The notes: generated from the letters alone by a model not told the origin. DNA of 63,894 nt, filler included, from Octopus bimaculoides (GCF_001194135.2; 4 parts of 4 records of this genome joined end to end with filler, not necessarily neighbours in it), one strand, 5' to 3'; numbered from the whole stretch's first letter, positions 36,426-50,700 are shown. Made by a program: numbers and translations.

Positions 36426-38592
36426 CTGAAATGAATATTTTCAAGTTTTACATTTTATAGTATCATTTCATTATAGTTATTGATATTCAACACTTTATTG
36501 TTGTGGGAAGGGCATCCAGTTGTAAAAACTAGTTCGTAGGGATGTGGTTGTGTACCCAAGTAAAAGATATGTTTATATTGAGGGTAACAAGGTGTAAAAT
36601 ATTAGATGAGGGTACCAGATAATGCTATGACATTTTCAGACAGACAAGTTTAAGAGAGTTAATGAATGGTAGCTAATTAATTATCATGTTAATGCGGCAT
36701 ACAAATACTAGTTATCAATATATATTGTATAAAATCTGTATAAAGAACATGTGACATTTGTTACAATTAATATGGTTGTGTCTCAGCACAGTTGATATTA
36801 TGGTAGTTTCATGAGAAACCATAGAAAAATGTTACCATTTCCAGTACCAAATACTTACGATGAATTCTTTTCTTGATCAAATAACAATGACCAGGTTCCA
36901 TGATCTAATTTCAACATAACTATCAAGTTGGAANNNNNNNNNNCAATGACCAGGTTCCATGATCTAATTTCAACATAACTATCAAGTTGGAAGTAAAACC
37001 AAAATGTAAAAGACTGAAAAAGGTGTCTCTCTTACAATTGAAACCATCTCAAAGTTGCCAACAATTGTCAGTATNNNNNNNNNNTCTCTCTTACAATTGA
37101 AACCATCTCAAAGTTGCCAACAATTGTCAGTATAAGGATGTCTATATGGATAGTAAACGTTATTCAAACATTGTAACAAGTGATAATTATATATAATTAG
37201 AAAGGTGTTGTGAGCTCAAGTCACACTGGAATCTCATACGTTCATTCCTTTCCATATATTGTATATGTTAACATCAATGAACGTGTTTTCACAATCAATA
37301 TTCTTATACTGAGCTAATATGTTATACCAAACAGGAAACTACTGTAACAATCTAAGACAATGAATTATGATGAACTACTGGAAGACAGCATCATCCTCAT
37401 CAACATTCAATGTTTGTTTTCCATGTTGGAATGGCTTGGATAACTTGACAGGAGCTGGAAAGCCAGACAACTACACCAGGCCCCAGATGGTTTCTTTGGC
37501 ACGGTTTTCTACAGCAGGACACTCTTACTGATGCCAAACACCTCACAGAGTGTACGTGACCCTTTTTATACAGCACAAATACTNNNNNNNNNNNNNNNNN
37601 NNNNNNNNNNNNNNNNNNCCCCCCAAACCCATTTAAGACAAAGATCTCACAACCGGGAGAGTCGGGGTATTGCAAATTTCTCTCCCCGCATCCTGATTCT
37701 TTTGTCATCACATTCCCTTCTCACCTCTTGAAAATGTCATCAGCTCCAGTGAACCAACACATCATGGAGTAGTGAGGACCGTCTAATTATATGGAATGTA
37801 ACACAACTTGATTACTACTTGTGCTATAATTAAGTGCTCCCACTACACACTAGGAAGTGGTTGGTGAATGAAAGTTGACACCACAAGTTTGAGAGGGACG
37901 TTTGATATTGTTGAGAACTTGATGATCATTTCTAACGATTGTGCTACAATAAAATATACCCAGGACCCTTTATAAAGTGGGTGGGGTTAGAAAGGGTCTA
38001 CCACCTCAGAAAAGCTGCAATGTTTAAGTGAGATGTTTTCCTCAACCAATGATGGTTGGGAGTAATTCCAGATACAACTGACTTGGACAGTGATGACCCA
38101 CCCAGTGCATGGGAGCATGGAGAGTAGATGAGAGAGAATGAGGATGACATCATTTATTGCATTGAAACTTGTAACCAGCATCATTTCTGAAAGGAGAGAG
38201 AGAGATATCGAGTGAATGAGTGAGGACGATGAGATGACAGACAGGGTGAATATTCCCCTTNNNNNNNNNNGTGAATGAGTGAGGACGATGAGATGACAGA
38301 CAGGGTGAATATTCCCCTTAAGGGGAAAGAACCGTTTCAGTGTTTATATTTTATTTTTGTATTGTTTCCAAATGCTAAGAGACCTTACTTCCTACGAGTG
38401 AATGAGTAACTGATGTTTCTATAAACTATATTTATTGGATATTCGTGTTGTCGTAGAAGAATAGATTCCTTTATAGCTAACCATTCAAATAAAATGTAGT
38501 GGAACTTGTTCTCCGTCATCCTATTGACCAAAATAGCTCAGTGAAAGCGGAAATTTATAGAAATCAATTAGGTGCTGCTATTTTATACTCAC

Positions 38593-38643
38593 CACCTGGC
38601 TCTGCTACTGACTGGACCCCTTGTTCTTCAATGTTTGTATTTT
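38593..38643 (-). CDS. Micro-exon of the death-domain gene (linker)
   Basis: tatttCAG acceptor, GTGAGT donor; 51 nt, phase 1-1. NTNIEEQGVQSVAEPG. Confidence 0.62.
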
Positions 38644-38829
38644 CTGAAATAAATATTTCCAAGGATATGCTTTATAATAAAATTTCTTTAATGCCAATCA
38701 ATATTATATTATTGTAAAACATTCATATAAGCAAAAGTCAACATTGACCGTCCCAAATCTCCTCAGTCTGNNNNNNNNNNTTCATATAAGCAAAAGTCAA
38801 CATTGACCGTCCCAAATCTCCTCAGTCTG

Positions 38830-40760
38830 TTAGGATATCCTACGTAATCTAACAATGTTGCAAATTCTCTAATTTAATTATCACATGATAACACTATCTC
38901 TTAGTTTAGTTTTCCCTTTCTTATATCTATGCTAAATTCATGACATATTGTCCTCTCACCTCAATACTTCACTATCCAAATTTTCTCATCTTCTACACAG
39001 TTCCAATGTCATCCACGTTGATCNNNNNNNNNNNAACCACAAACACATGACACACCATTTCAACTAAGATAAACATGCACCTTCTCTCTTTTTTTTAAAG
39101 TTTGCTGCTGATAATCTTTAATTTTAATTGCTCGTGTCACAGTTCATCAGAATGCCATCTGATTCAGGAAATATTAGAAGATATTTCAATGCCAATCATC
39201 TTCCTTGATAAGCAGCCTTTTTCAGGTGAGCAATAATTAGTTCTACCCAGGTGGAACAGAACGTGATATCAAGTATCCTAAAACACAGTACACGTGTAGA
39301 AAACAATGTTAACTACATATAACTGTTCATCGAAAACATTATTGAAAAAGAAAAATATCTGAAATTATACATAAAACATTGTTCTCCAGAATACATAAAC
39401 AATATGGTGTTATTGATCAAATTGTTGTTTCGATTCATCTGTTGTTGTTAACCCAACCTCAGCTTGTGCCATGATCTCACTGCCTTAACACTTATCAGTC
39501 AACAAGGAAGCATACCACCATCTTTATCTTTTCGCTTGTCTTCAAATTTTGGCTTAGTTTCTCCTGTGATTCTGACCTTCATTTGTTTCTGCTGACCTTC
39601 GACAAATGAGAGACGGCATTATTTATTTTCCTTTAAACCACATACTCGAACAAGTAATTACTTAATCCAGTCTACCCAGCACTAATCGTATATCCTTTCA
39701 GTCTGTTGTTAATAGTGTTATGTCATCCATTAATTCCTTTGAAGTTGATTTCACTCGACTCTTTTCTTCTGATCAATTTGCTGATCTAAGTAACATCTCC
39801 ATAACAATCTTAAACCAAATGACTGATATTTTGAAAACTACAGCAATTTCAGTTTCAAAACAATGTCCGTTTGTTTTGAAGGTTTCTCTCCTGAACCATA
39901 TTTTGAAATTGTTATAGCAGCTCCTTGTCAGATCCTTAAACTTCTCTCATATGTAACAGATGTACATTGCTTCCGTCAATAATTCATATGGTACTAAACC
40001 ATANNNNNNNNNNAACAGATGTACATTGCTTCCGTCAATAATTCATATGGTACTAAACCATAAGCATTAACCAGATCAAACCATACAACATTCAAAATCC
40101 CTTTTATTCGCCTTTCTGTCTTGCATTCACCCCCAATTGAAAATGCATGTTCTACACACCCAACAATGTCAGGCATTTCAATTGTCTGGGCACTTTTAGT
40201 CCCATGNNNNNNNNNNTGTTTGCAGATAAGAAGTTGGTCTGAACTGGTCAGTCTGTTCGGCTTCAGATTCCTTTGATAAGTAAATTCCTTCAGCCTTGCA
40301 CCAATCATCGACCATCTCACCTTTATGCCACCATTCTCAAAGAAGTAAACAAAGCTTATAACATAATTCAGTACAATACTTGTAGACCTTCTATGTTACA
40401 TCATCACCTCCTGGGGCACTCTTTGTTCTTGCCTTCTTCACTCAGCTAAATACTTGTTTCTTGCTGAAATTACCAAGATGAAATATTTGATTGCTGCTCT
40501 CCTTTGTAATTTCAAACTGTCCATGATTAGGAATGGTTGATTTCGTTTTGGGTCAGTGTAGGTGTCCGGTATACACCCATCAATTTCATCTTTATCACAT
40601 CTTAGCCTTCTGCACTTAGCATCTGCAAACAATGTCCTAGTAAACTAATCAGGGTACTTAAGGAGCTGCTCCATAATCTGTTTCTTCTCCTTTCTTCCTT
40701 GCATAAGTTAGAGATGAACGTTTGATCTTCTTGAGGACATGACAGTCTCTTTTAATGCTT
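38830..40760 (-). mobile_element. Decayed HERO/R2-group non-LTR retrotransposon (RT relic), copy 2
   Basis: KKARTKSAPG..V..KVYKYC, GCVEHAFSI and LNVVWFDLVNAYGLVPYELL resemble HERO RT motifs; many stops and frameshifts. Confidence 0.75.
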
Positions 40761-41358
40761 TTGGCACAATAAAATGTCCTCAAGACACTTTATGAAGCGG
40801 TTGGTGTTAGGAAGGGCAGGCCACCATAGAAAAGCTGGAATGTTTCAGACACGTTCCTCAAACAATCAAGATGAGCAGTAACATCGAATAAAAACTGACT
40901 TGAACAGTGATGACCCACTCAGTGCATGGGAGCATGGAGAGCAGATGAGAAATGATTAAGGTGATATCCTTTATTGTATTGAGACTTGTAACCAGCATCT
41001 TTCTTGATGGGAGGGAGAGAAACAGNNNNNNNNNNGAGAGAGAGAGAGAGTGAGTACAATGAATATTCACCTTAAAAGGAGAGAACCGTTTCAGTGTTTA
41101 TATTTTATTTTTCTATAGTTTCCAAATCTTGAGAGACCTTTCTTTCTATCTTCCTACGAGTGAATGAGAAACTGCTGTTTCCATAAAGTATATTTATTGG
41201 ATATTCGTGTTGATGAAGAGGAATAGATTTTCTTTATAGTTAAGCATTCAAATAAAATGTAGCAGTGGAACCTGTTCTCGGTCATTCTATTAACCAAAAT
41301 AGCTCAGCGAAAGCTGAAATTGATAGAAATCAATTAGGTACTGTTATTCTATACTCAC

Positions 41359-41391
41359 TACCTGCCTCTACTACTCTCTGGACCTCTTTAT
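41359..41391 (-). CDS. Micro-exon of the death-domain gene (linker)
   Basis: catttcAAG acceptor, GTGAGT donor; 33 nt, phase 1-1. KEVQRVVEAG; flanks homologous to the other three exons. Confidence 0.55.
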
Positions 41392-41504
41392 CTTGAAATG
41401 AATATTTCCAAGGATATAATCTATACTAAAATTCTTTAATGAACATCGATGTTGTATAATTGTGAAATATTCTTATAAGAAATTGTCAAGATTAACTGTC
41501 CCAA

Positions 41505-42033
41505 ATCTCCTCACTCCGTTGGTAACGAAGGGCTTCTCCCTAAGAGTGGAAAGCAGATTGTATGAGACTTGTGTACGGACAGATATACAACACAATAAAG
41601 AAAAAATAGGCTTTGAACATAGAAGACATGCAAAGGGTTGGAGACAAATGAAACCCGCATGCTCCACTGGATGTACAACATCAGTGTTCAGGTAAGTCAC
41701 AGTGTAAATGTCTTAAGAGAAAATCTGGGTATAAGAGTCATCTGATGTAGTGTACAGAAGAGANNNNNNNNNNAAGAGAAAATCTGGGTATAAGAGTCAT
41801 CTGATGTAGTGTACAGAAGAGAAATCTTTGATAGTATGGTTTATATGATTCATACGGATGAGGTCATCAGCATAAAGGGAGGCGGATCTCTAAATGTGGA
41901 GAGAACCTCAGGAAGAGGAAGACTGAGGAAGACATGGGGCAAAGGAATGAGAAATGATCTTCAGATGCTGAGCTTCACACGAGAGATGACTAAAACGACT
42001 GTGACAACCAGCAATTTTCTGTGCTTGAAAAGA
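41505..42033 (+). mobile_element. RTE-clade LINE 3' fragment (degenerate)
   Basis: LVTKGFSLRVESRLYETCVRT and SLNVERTSGRGRLRKTW resemble the RTE ORF2 C-terminus (GRGRPRKTW). Confidence 0.75.
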
Positions 42034-42133
42034 NNNNNNNNNNNNNNNNNNNNNNNNNNNNNNNNNNNNNNNNNNNNTTAATTAATTAANNNNNNNNNNN
42101 NNNNNNNNNNNNNNNNNNNNNNNNNNNNNNNNN
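42034..42133. other. Artificial scaffold-joining spacer
   Basis: Same 100-bp layout; 12-mer at 42078-42089. Confidence 0.92.
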
Positions 42134-42166
<33 letters not shown>

Positions 42167-43415
42167 TTATGTAGCTGATTGGCTGTTTTTACATGGGCAA
42201 GATGACAAAATGCTGATACGCTGTACCACAGACATGTTTAGCTCATGCTGTCAGAGAAAAACAGACATTAAAAAAAAATGGTGGTGGTGGCGGTGACAGG
42301 GAATGATGGTGGCAGATTTGTTTCTAGATTGATTTGGAATTTCAAATACTGCATTGAAACTTTGGAAGCAAGCATATCTGCGTTTCTGTATTTCTGAGAT
42401 GCATTTTTATTCAGATTGTAACAATTGCAATCATAACTTCAATGACAAGGAAACTGACGTGTCAAGTGTTCGATCCTCACCAAAGTTAGCATCAGAAATG
42501 TAATGCAATATCTTCACCCCAGGAAATAGGAGCATTCCTTTTGACAACTATTTTCTTTCACCATTTTGCTTATTATGCTTTTTGAGTCAAATTGAGGATT
42601 TTGCTTAACTCTAGTTTGTGTTTGCACTTAAGTTTGCAGAGCTGAAGTAGTTTTTAGACTCAAAGAGACAGCTTTAATCTTTTGAATTAAGTTTCTGCAG
42701 TTGTTGTTGTTGCTATTATTGTTGTTGCTTAGCTCTAAGCACAGCCATAAACAAAGCTATGCCAGCTGCCAAATCCAAATCCAATGTATTTTCTGTTATT
42801 TTTAAGATGGCAGGGTCTGATTTGAGGCAGATTTAACTGCAATTTTAAGCAGATTGAATGACCCCATTGTGCTGGTGACTGTGTGGTTGCTACAAATACA
42901 TAAATAAAATCCTTAGAGATTACAAGGCCATGCTTTTCCAATAAGTTTTAAATGTCTTAGCTGTGTTGTCTGCAACTTTGAACAGATATGCCGTATCACT
43001 GGGTGTCATATGTGATGGCCAAAAGGTTTGGTGAGGTGAAGGGATCTGGTTGTGAAACATTTCCTCAGAGACAAAAATTCTAACCCATACAGGCATGGAA
43101 AAGTGAATGTTAAATGCTGGTGTTGACAGCATCATCATCATCATCATTTAACGTCCACTTTTCCCAGCTTGTATGGGTCAGTTGGAATTTGTTGAGGCAG
43201 ATTTTCTATGGTTGGATGCTCTTTCTGTTACCAAACTTCACTTGCTTGTAAGCAAGGTGATATTTCCCATGGCCAGGCACTTTTTTTCATGAAAGACTGG
43301 AAACAAAAACATCACTTTTATGATGGTGAAACTCATTTACAACCCTATCATGTGATGTCAAAACAAAGGTACATACATTCACATATATATGACAGGCTTC
43401 TTTTAGTTTCCTATT

Positions 43416-43635
43416 TCTTTATTCCCCACAAGGGGCTAAACATAGAGGGGACAAACAAGGACAAGCAAAGGGATTAAGTCGATTAGATCGACCCCAGTGT
43501 GTAACTGGTACTTAATTTATTGACCCCCGAAAGGATGAAAGGCAAAGTCGACCTTGGCGGAATTTGAACTCGGAACATAACGGCAGATGAAATACCACTA
43601 AGCATTTCGCCCGGCATACTAAAGTTTTTGCCATC
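43416..43635 (-). mobile_element. SINE family B; further copies at ~14370-14490, 20720-20895, 43855-43970, 47455-47600, 48062-48530, 51245-51425, 56240-56440
   Basis: Shared core and tail. Confidence 0.8.
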
Positions 43636-43807
43636 TCACTGCCTTCTTTTAGTTTCCATCTACCAAATCTACACACAAAGTTTTGGTGGGCCCAGGGCTG
43701 AAATAGAATACACCTCACCAGGATGTTGTACAGTGGGACTAAACCTGAGACCACATGGCTAGAAAGTAAGTGTCTTAACCACACAGTCATGCCTGTACCT
43801 CATTGAC

Positions 43808-43858
<51 letters not shown>

Positions 43859-43972
43859 AGCAGTGAGCTGGCAGAATCATTAGTACGCCAGGCAAAATGC
43901 TTGGTGGCATTTCGTCCAACTTCATGTTCTGAGTTGAAATTCCATCAAGGTTGACTTTGCCTTTCATGCTTT

Positions 43973-44262
43973 CATCATCGTCGTTTAACATCCGCTTTCC
44001 ATGCTAGCATGGGTTGGACGATTTGACTGAGGACTGGTGGACCAGGAGGCGATACCAAGCTCCAATCTGATTTGGCAGAGTTTCTACAGCTGGATGCCCT
44101 TCCTAACGCCAACCACTCCGAGAGTGTAGTGGGTGCTTTTATGTGCCACCGGCACGAGGGCCAGGCAGGCGGTACTGGCAACTGCCACGCTCGAAATGGT
44201 GTATTTTACGTGCCACCTGCACAGGAGCCAGTCCATCGGCACTGGCAACGATCTCGCTTGGA
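43973..44262 (-). mobile_element. Repeat family D; further copies at ~9125-9340, 15790-16085, 37390-37580, 45435-45612, 46250-46490, 50905-51175, 53820-54006, 56460-56640
   Basis: Near-identical to 12192-12495. Confidence 0.85.
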
Positions 44263-46850
44263 TGTTTTACTGGCAATGGCTTACTGGCTTTCATGATTGA
44301 TGAAATAAGTACCAGTTATGCACTGGGGATCGAAAAATTCACTTGCCCCTCCTCCCAAATTTCAGGCCTAGTGCCTTTCGTAGAAAGGATTATTATTATC
44401 GTTTTGTTGTTGCCATTGTTTGTGAGTCTGAAGAATCCAGTGTTGGAAGACTGTTTTTGCAGTATCTGTATTTAGTATCTTTCCTCTGCACTATTGTTTT
44501 AATCAGCACCACCTATTATGTTGTATTACTTACAATTTTATTAATTTATTTATTCTCACAGTAAGTTTCCTCTTTGTTTTTTTTGTTTTGTTTTATTTCT
44601 TTTTTTTTATTCCATTTATTTTAAATTCCATCTGTTATCTTTCCATATCTCTTTCATCTATGAAAATATGTTTTTGATATCTACATGGGGGAATTTTTCC
44701 TTGATAGTGTCTCTTGTTGTTATTCCTGTTATTCTCTTTCTTGTTGATTATTCTTGCACCGCCCTTCCTCTTCTCTGCGGTTTGCCAATTTCCATTTATT
44801 TTCATGTCTTTTGGTGAGGAGAGGCGTTCCTTTCACTAGTTTATGTAATAGACTGTGTCAAGAGAATTTAATATAATCTCTTTCCTTACTCCCCAGTTTA
44901 CCAAAAAAGCATGTCTCTACACATGATACTGATTTTTATTAAGAAAATATATCTTTTTTTGTTGGGTGTTTCTTTTTTTTTATATATATACTGGAGTATC
45001 TTGATAAGCCTTCTGTCTCTTGTCTAAGTCTACCGCATTGTTTTTGTTAGTTTCTCCCTTCCATTCACTGCTTTCCTATCTCACCCACTGTCTTTCTAAT
45101 TTCCTATGTCTCTTGTTTAATCAACACCCATTTGTATTCTATTACTGTGCCTTCTGTGTGTGTACATGTTTATATATATATATATAGATATAGATTCCGT
45201 TTACATATTTGTTTTGCAATGGCTGATAGTTAGCAAGGTGAGATACACATAAGAAAAAAGAAAACAAAAGACCACTGATGAGGTCACAGAAGTGTGACGA
45301 AAGAACTCTGGCCGAAATAGGATTAATGTAATATAATGTAATATAAAGCTGAAGCAAATTAACACCAAATATACAGTGCGTGTGTTTTTATTGGCTAAAC
45401 TGGCAATATGACCATCCCCAAGTACAACAACATATATCATCATCATCATTATCATCATCATCGTTTAACGTCCGCTTTCCATGCTAGCATGGGTTGGACG
45501 ATTTGACTGAGGACTGGTGAAACCGGATGGCAACACCAGGCTCCAATCTAAATTTGGCAGAGTTTCTACAGCTGGATGCCCTTCCTAACGCCAACCACTC
45601 AGAGAGTGTAGTATATATAAATATATATATATATATATATAAAATCATCGTCATCAATGTTTTACGTCTGTTTTAGCATGGTGGCCATGAGTTAGATTGC
45701 ATTTCTGAGGCAGTATTTTAATGGTTGGATCCCCTTCCCGTTGTCAACCATTTTAGCCACCATAGTAGAGATTACTTTGCAAGTGACTGATTCAATCAAA
45801 ATAAAATATGATATGTATCTCTATGTACAGTTGCAGCCAAAATTTTGGAACATTTATTTTAAAAACTAAAATTGTTATACTCAACTACAATTCGACTCAA
45901 ATATATACGATGTACATATTTGGGGGTTTTAATATAAAAATTCTAATTTTCAGACCTATGTTCCAAACTCTTGGTCATGACTGTATGTACACACACACAC
46001 ACACACACAGAGATTTGTTGGATAACAATCCAGAGAAGTACTTAATACAAATGTAGACTATGGTGTTTATTTAAGCCGCTCCAGATGGCCCATTACTCTG
46101 GAATTATCATAATGTGCCACTGCTTCTTCAAAGAAGCTTCATTTGACTTAAGAAGTGGTGACATTCCATGAAAATTCTAGAAAAATAGGTCACCGAACCT
46201 GCGTGTGATATGATGTGATCACATGTATTTTATTTCAGTGTGTCTATACTGGTGCCACATAAAAAAAAACATCTGTGCTGGTGCCACATGAAAAGCACCA
46301 ACACCAGTGCCACTTAAAAAGCACAGGTGCAGGTGCAACATATATAGCACTCAATACAGTCTAAAGTGGTTGGTGTTAGGAAAGGCATTCAGTCATAGAA
46401 ACCATGCCAAACAAATAATTGGAGCCTGGTGCAGCTGTTGGGCTGACCAGCATCGAAAATGGACACTAAATGATGATGAATATGATGATACACACACACA
46501 CACATGCACACACATGCACCCAAGGACAGTAAAATGGAGTATAAAAAAAAACATATTGGTTACATATAATATGCTATAATAAAAGTGAATATAATATTTT
46601 TGAATGTGTTTTTAATGGTTTCAATGAATCTATCAAAATACAATCACCATGTGTGTATCTGTGTGTGTGTGTTGTGTGTGTGTATGCACGTGCATGTCTG
46701 TTTGTTCTTTATAAATCGTATTTCGTAAAACTAATCTCATATTTCTGTCTGTCTTTTAATTTTTTTTTTTTTTTTTATATCCCAGTTGTATATATGTCCG
46801 CTCATACTTGGCATTGAACTTCTATTATTTTTTTTTTACTTCTCTTCTAG

Positions 46851-46931
46851 ATACATCCGTGCTCAAAAGTGCAACGAGAGATTGTCACTGACTGGCGACA
46901 GCAACCTAAAGAAAACCAACAGAGATGTTTG
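46851..46931 (+). CDS. Candidate isolated exon
   Basis: Long polypyrimidine tract plus TAG, tg|GTAGGT donor, 81 nt, two open frames. No domain recognised. Confidence 0.3.
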
Positions 46932-47095
46932 GTAGGTGTCAACAAGCTTCATTTTTATGAATTAAAACAAAAAAAAAAAAAGAATCATATGGAAAAAATG
47001 ATTCCTCTGTCCACTTTTCACTCTCCAATAAAAATTTTCACAACACAAGAAAGAAAAAAAAAAAAGCTTAAAAGTGATTCTCTTTCTTTAAGCAC

Positions 47096-47165
<70 letters not shown>

Positions 47166-48015
47166 ACTGCTGTTATGTAGCACCCTCCAGTGAACAGAAT
47201 GTGTATGTCTCTTATTGTCAAAGACCTCACTCTGGTACTGTCCTTATGTGAATATATTGAAGGGTAGGTAAATGCAGTAAAAAGGGGTCACTGAATGCAA
47301 AAGTTTCTAAGTCAGAGAATAGTGTTTGGAGTGGGCACTTCTCTGTGGTGCTCAAGGTGATCTTGAATCTCTAGGATTCCTCAATTTGCTCTTTAGTATT
47401 AAGAGGAATGCAACATCACCATTCTTCATTATTCATATGCCAGTATTTCACCTGCTGCTACTTTCTGAGTTCAAATTCCACCGAGGTCGACTTTGCCTTT
47501 CATTCTTTCGGGGTCAATAAATTAAGTACCAGTGAAACACTGGGGTCAATGTAATTGACTTAATCCCCTCCTGCAAGCGGCCCTTGTGGCAAAAATTTGT
47601 ATACCATGTGTACTTCTATTTCATGTTTTTTTTATTGTTTTTCTTTTGTTCCTCATTCAATCTTCTGTATAAATCACCACCCTGTTTTACATCCCTTTAT
47701 ATTATTCCTCCTAATCTGTCACTCTCATGGTAGATAAAAGAAATTATTATTATTAATATTATGAGTGGAGGCACATGGCTTAGTGGTTAGAGTGTTGGAC
47801 TCACTATTGTAAGATTGTAGTTTCGATTCCTGGACCAGGTGATGCATTATGTTCTTGAGCAAAATACTTCATTTCACATTGCTCCAGTCCACTCAGAAGG
47901 CAAAAGTGAGTAATACTATGATGGACCGGTGCCCCATCCAGGTGGGGAATATATACGCCATGGAAATTGGAAAACCAGCCCTTATGAGATTACATGACTC
48001 AAGAAAGAACTTTAC

Positions 48016-48064
<49 letters not shown>

Positions 48065-49689
48065 GGGTATGTACTGGCAACATTATTAGCATGTTGGACA
48101 AAAATGCTTAGTGATATTTTGCCTGTCTTTACAATCTGAGTTCAAATTCCACTGAGGTTGACTTTGTCTTTCATCCTTTTGAGGTCAATGAAATAAGGAC
48201 CATTTGAGCACTGGGGTCAGTGTAACTGACCTACTTCCACCTCAGAACTGCTGGCCTTGTGCCAAAATCCAAAACTATTATTATTATTATTAGTAGTAGT
48301 AGTAGTAGTATGCAGGGAACTGGCTGAATCATTAGAACTTCAGACATAATGCATTTATTGACATTTCTTCCAGATTTATGTTCTTGTTTCAAATCCCACT
48401 GAGGTCAACTTTGCCTTTCGTTCTCCACAGGGTCAATAAAATAAAGCACCATTGAAGCACTGGAGTTGATGATAATGACTAACCCTCTCTCCTCTAGATT
48501 GTTGACCTTTTACCTAAATTGAAAACAGTTGTTGTTGTTGTTGTTGTTAATGTCATTTGCCAGTACCAGACATCTGTAACACAGCTCCTAAAAGAATTGG
48601 AATTTTGTCACATTTCGTTTAATAGACTATTTGTATTTTTTCAGTGAGGTTGGTTTATTGCATTTTGGAACCTTTGAGTATCCACACTATTTGCCTAAGG
48701 GTAAAAAAAGATAAAATATGGCTTTTGGACATAGGTATTTTCTTTTGTTTTATAAACTTTCATTTACTTGTGTAAACAATATGGCTCCTTTGTCTGGAGT
48801 AGTGGTAGGAGGTAGTAACTGCAAAGGATGTAGCAGCGTATGTACTTCCTAGGTTTTTAAAGAAAATTTCATTGAAAATTATGAAAATAAAAACACAGAC
48901 TGTTATAAAAAAAAAAAAAAAGGACAAGCAAAGAAAAAAAAATTTATGACAATTAGACTAACAAATGGAATTGCAAACACAAACATTGATTCTCTGAAAA
49001 ATACACAGAAACACACATAAACGGACATATTTATAATGTAAACAGAGACTGGCAATAACCAAAATTTGTATAATGCAAACAATAGCGAAAATAGCTTTGC
49101 CAGTGTTGTGAGCCATTGAGAATCTGTGAACTTAAAGCCATTTCCTACTACTGCAACTACTCGAAATTATAATGCAGTTGAAGTATGTCATGAAAAACTT
49201 TGTCGTCTTGCCTGAAAGTTCTATATAAGAAAAAAATGTAAGGAGAAAAGTGGCATACCTCGAGCTTTCAGTGTACCCCTAGATGAGCAATTGAAGAAAG
49301 CTGTGACTAATGTGTAGGTGATGCAGTTTCCGTAAACCAGGACAGAGCACATATGAATGTATGCTTGGTCTCCACAAAGAGGAAAGCAATATGGCTAATG
49401 TTGTTAGAAATGCAGAAAGAACAGCTGTTACTTGTGTGGTTATAAGAACTAATTGAGGAGAAGTAACAGCAGAAGGCAACACCAGAACTTAGAAGCTACT
49501 ATTTCCAAAATATCTCTGGTTGCAACTCTGAGAAATAAATGGTCAGAGGACTTGTCTCATCCTTGGTGTTTGGAGATGATGAGAACTAGGAAATCAATGA
49601 CCAAGAAACAGAAATACCCATTCCACAAACAGCACAACCTTGTCATTGCAAAACAATAGGATGGTACTGCTCTATAAATTTACAAAGGT

Positions 49690-49930
49690 AAAAAACACCT
49701 TTTGAGCGTGACCATTGCCAGTCCTTTGTGACTGGCCCTCATGCCGGTGGCATGTAAAAGCACCCACTACACTCTCGGAGTGGTTGGCATTAGGAAGGGC
49801 ATCCAGCTGTAGAAACTCTGCCAAATCAGATTGGAGCCTGGTGCAGCCATCTGGTTCGCCAGTCCTCAATCAAATCGTCCAACCCATGCTAGCATGGAAA
49901 GCGGACGTTAAACGATGATGATATGATGAT
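49690..49930 (+). mobile_element. Repeat family D
   Basis: Reverse complement of the 12192-12495 type. Confidence 0.85.
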
Positions 49931-50379
49931 GTAGTTCTACTCTGCAAATTTTCAAAGGTGGGAAATCCTACAAGTTTCCACTGTAGTTCACTATTGTGAT
50001 GATGAAGTGAAAATAATGAGAATTAAAAAATATGACATGTAAGAGACATAAAAAGAATTTCACCTTCATAGAAATTATATGAGAATCATAGTTCTGTGAA
50101 CAAGCAATGTGGCCCTGAGATCAAAAATGGGCATTTGGAAGTGTTATTTGAGGGCAATGTCCTGACTGAGGAAGAAGAAATAAGTGGAATTTTAAGAGAG
50201 ATTCTGACAATAGGATGTTTTTGAAGATTACACTGATAGGTAATGACACCAGAAGATAGGTGACAATTTGTTGAGACAGGTTCCTCTAATGGACACTTGC
50301 ATGGGAAAGTGAACATAAAAATAAAAGTGATTTTAGCCAGTTAATGAAATGGCTTTTCTTTTACTTTCTTTTCTTTTAT

Positions 50380-50700
50380 TTCTTTTACTTGTTTCAGTCA
50401 TTTGACTGTGGCCATGCTGGAGCACCGCTTTTAGTCAAGCAAATCGACCCCAGGACTTATTCTTTGTAAGCCGAGTACTTATTCTATCGGTGTCATTTGC
50501 CGAACCGCTAAGTTACGGGGATGTATATATATATACATACATATGACAGGCTTCTTTCAGTTTTTGTCTACTAAATCCACTCACAAGGCTTTGGTCGGCC
50601 CGAGGCTATAGTAGAAGACACTTGCCCAAGGTGCCATGCAGTGGGACTGAACCCGGAACCATGTGGTTGGTAAGCAAGCTACTTACCACACAACCTGTCC
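50380..50700 (-). mobile_element. SINE family A; partial copies at ~53020-53170, 54405-54520, 55172-55340, 63000-63160
   Basis: Same head and tail on the minus strand. Confidence 0.8.

Noticed and set aside
49200-49660. Possible decayed zinc-knuckle or gag-like sequence
   Set aside because: Only a broken C..C...G....C pattern with stops; too weak to call.
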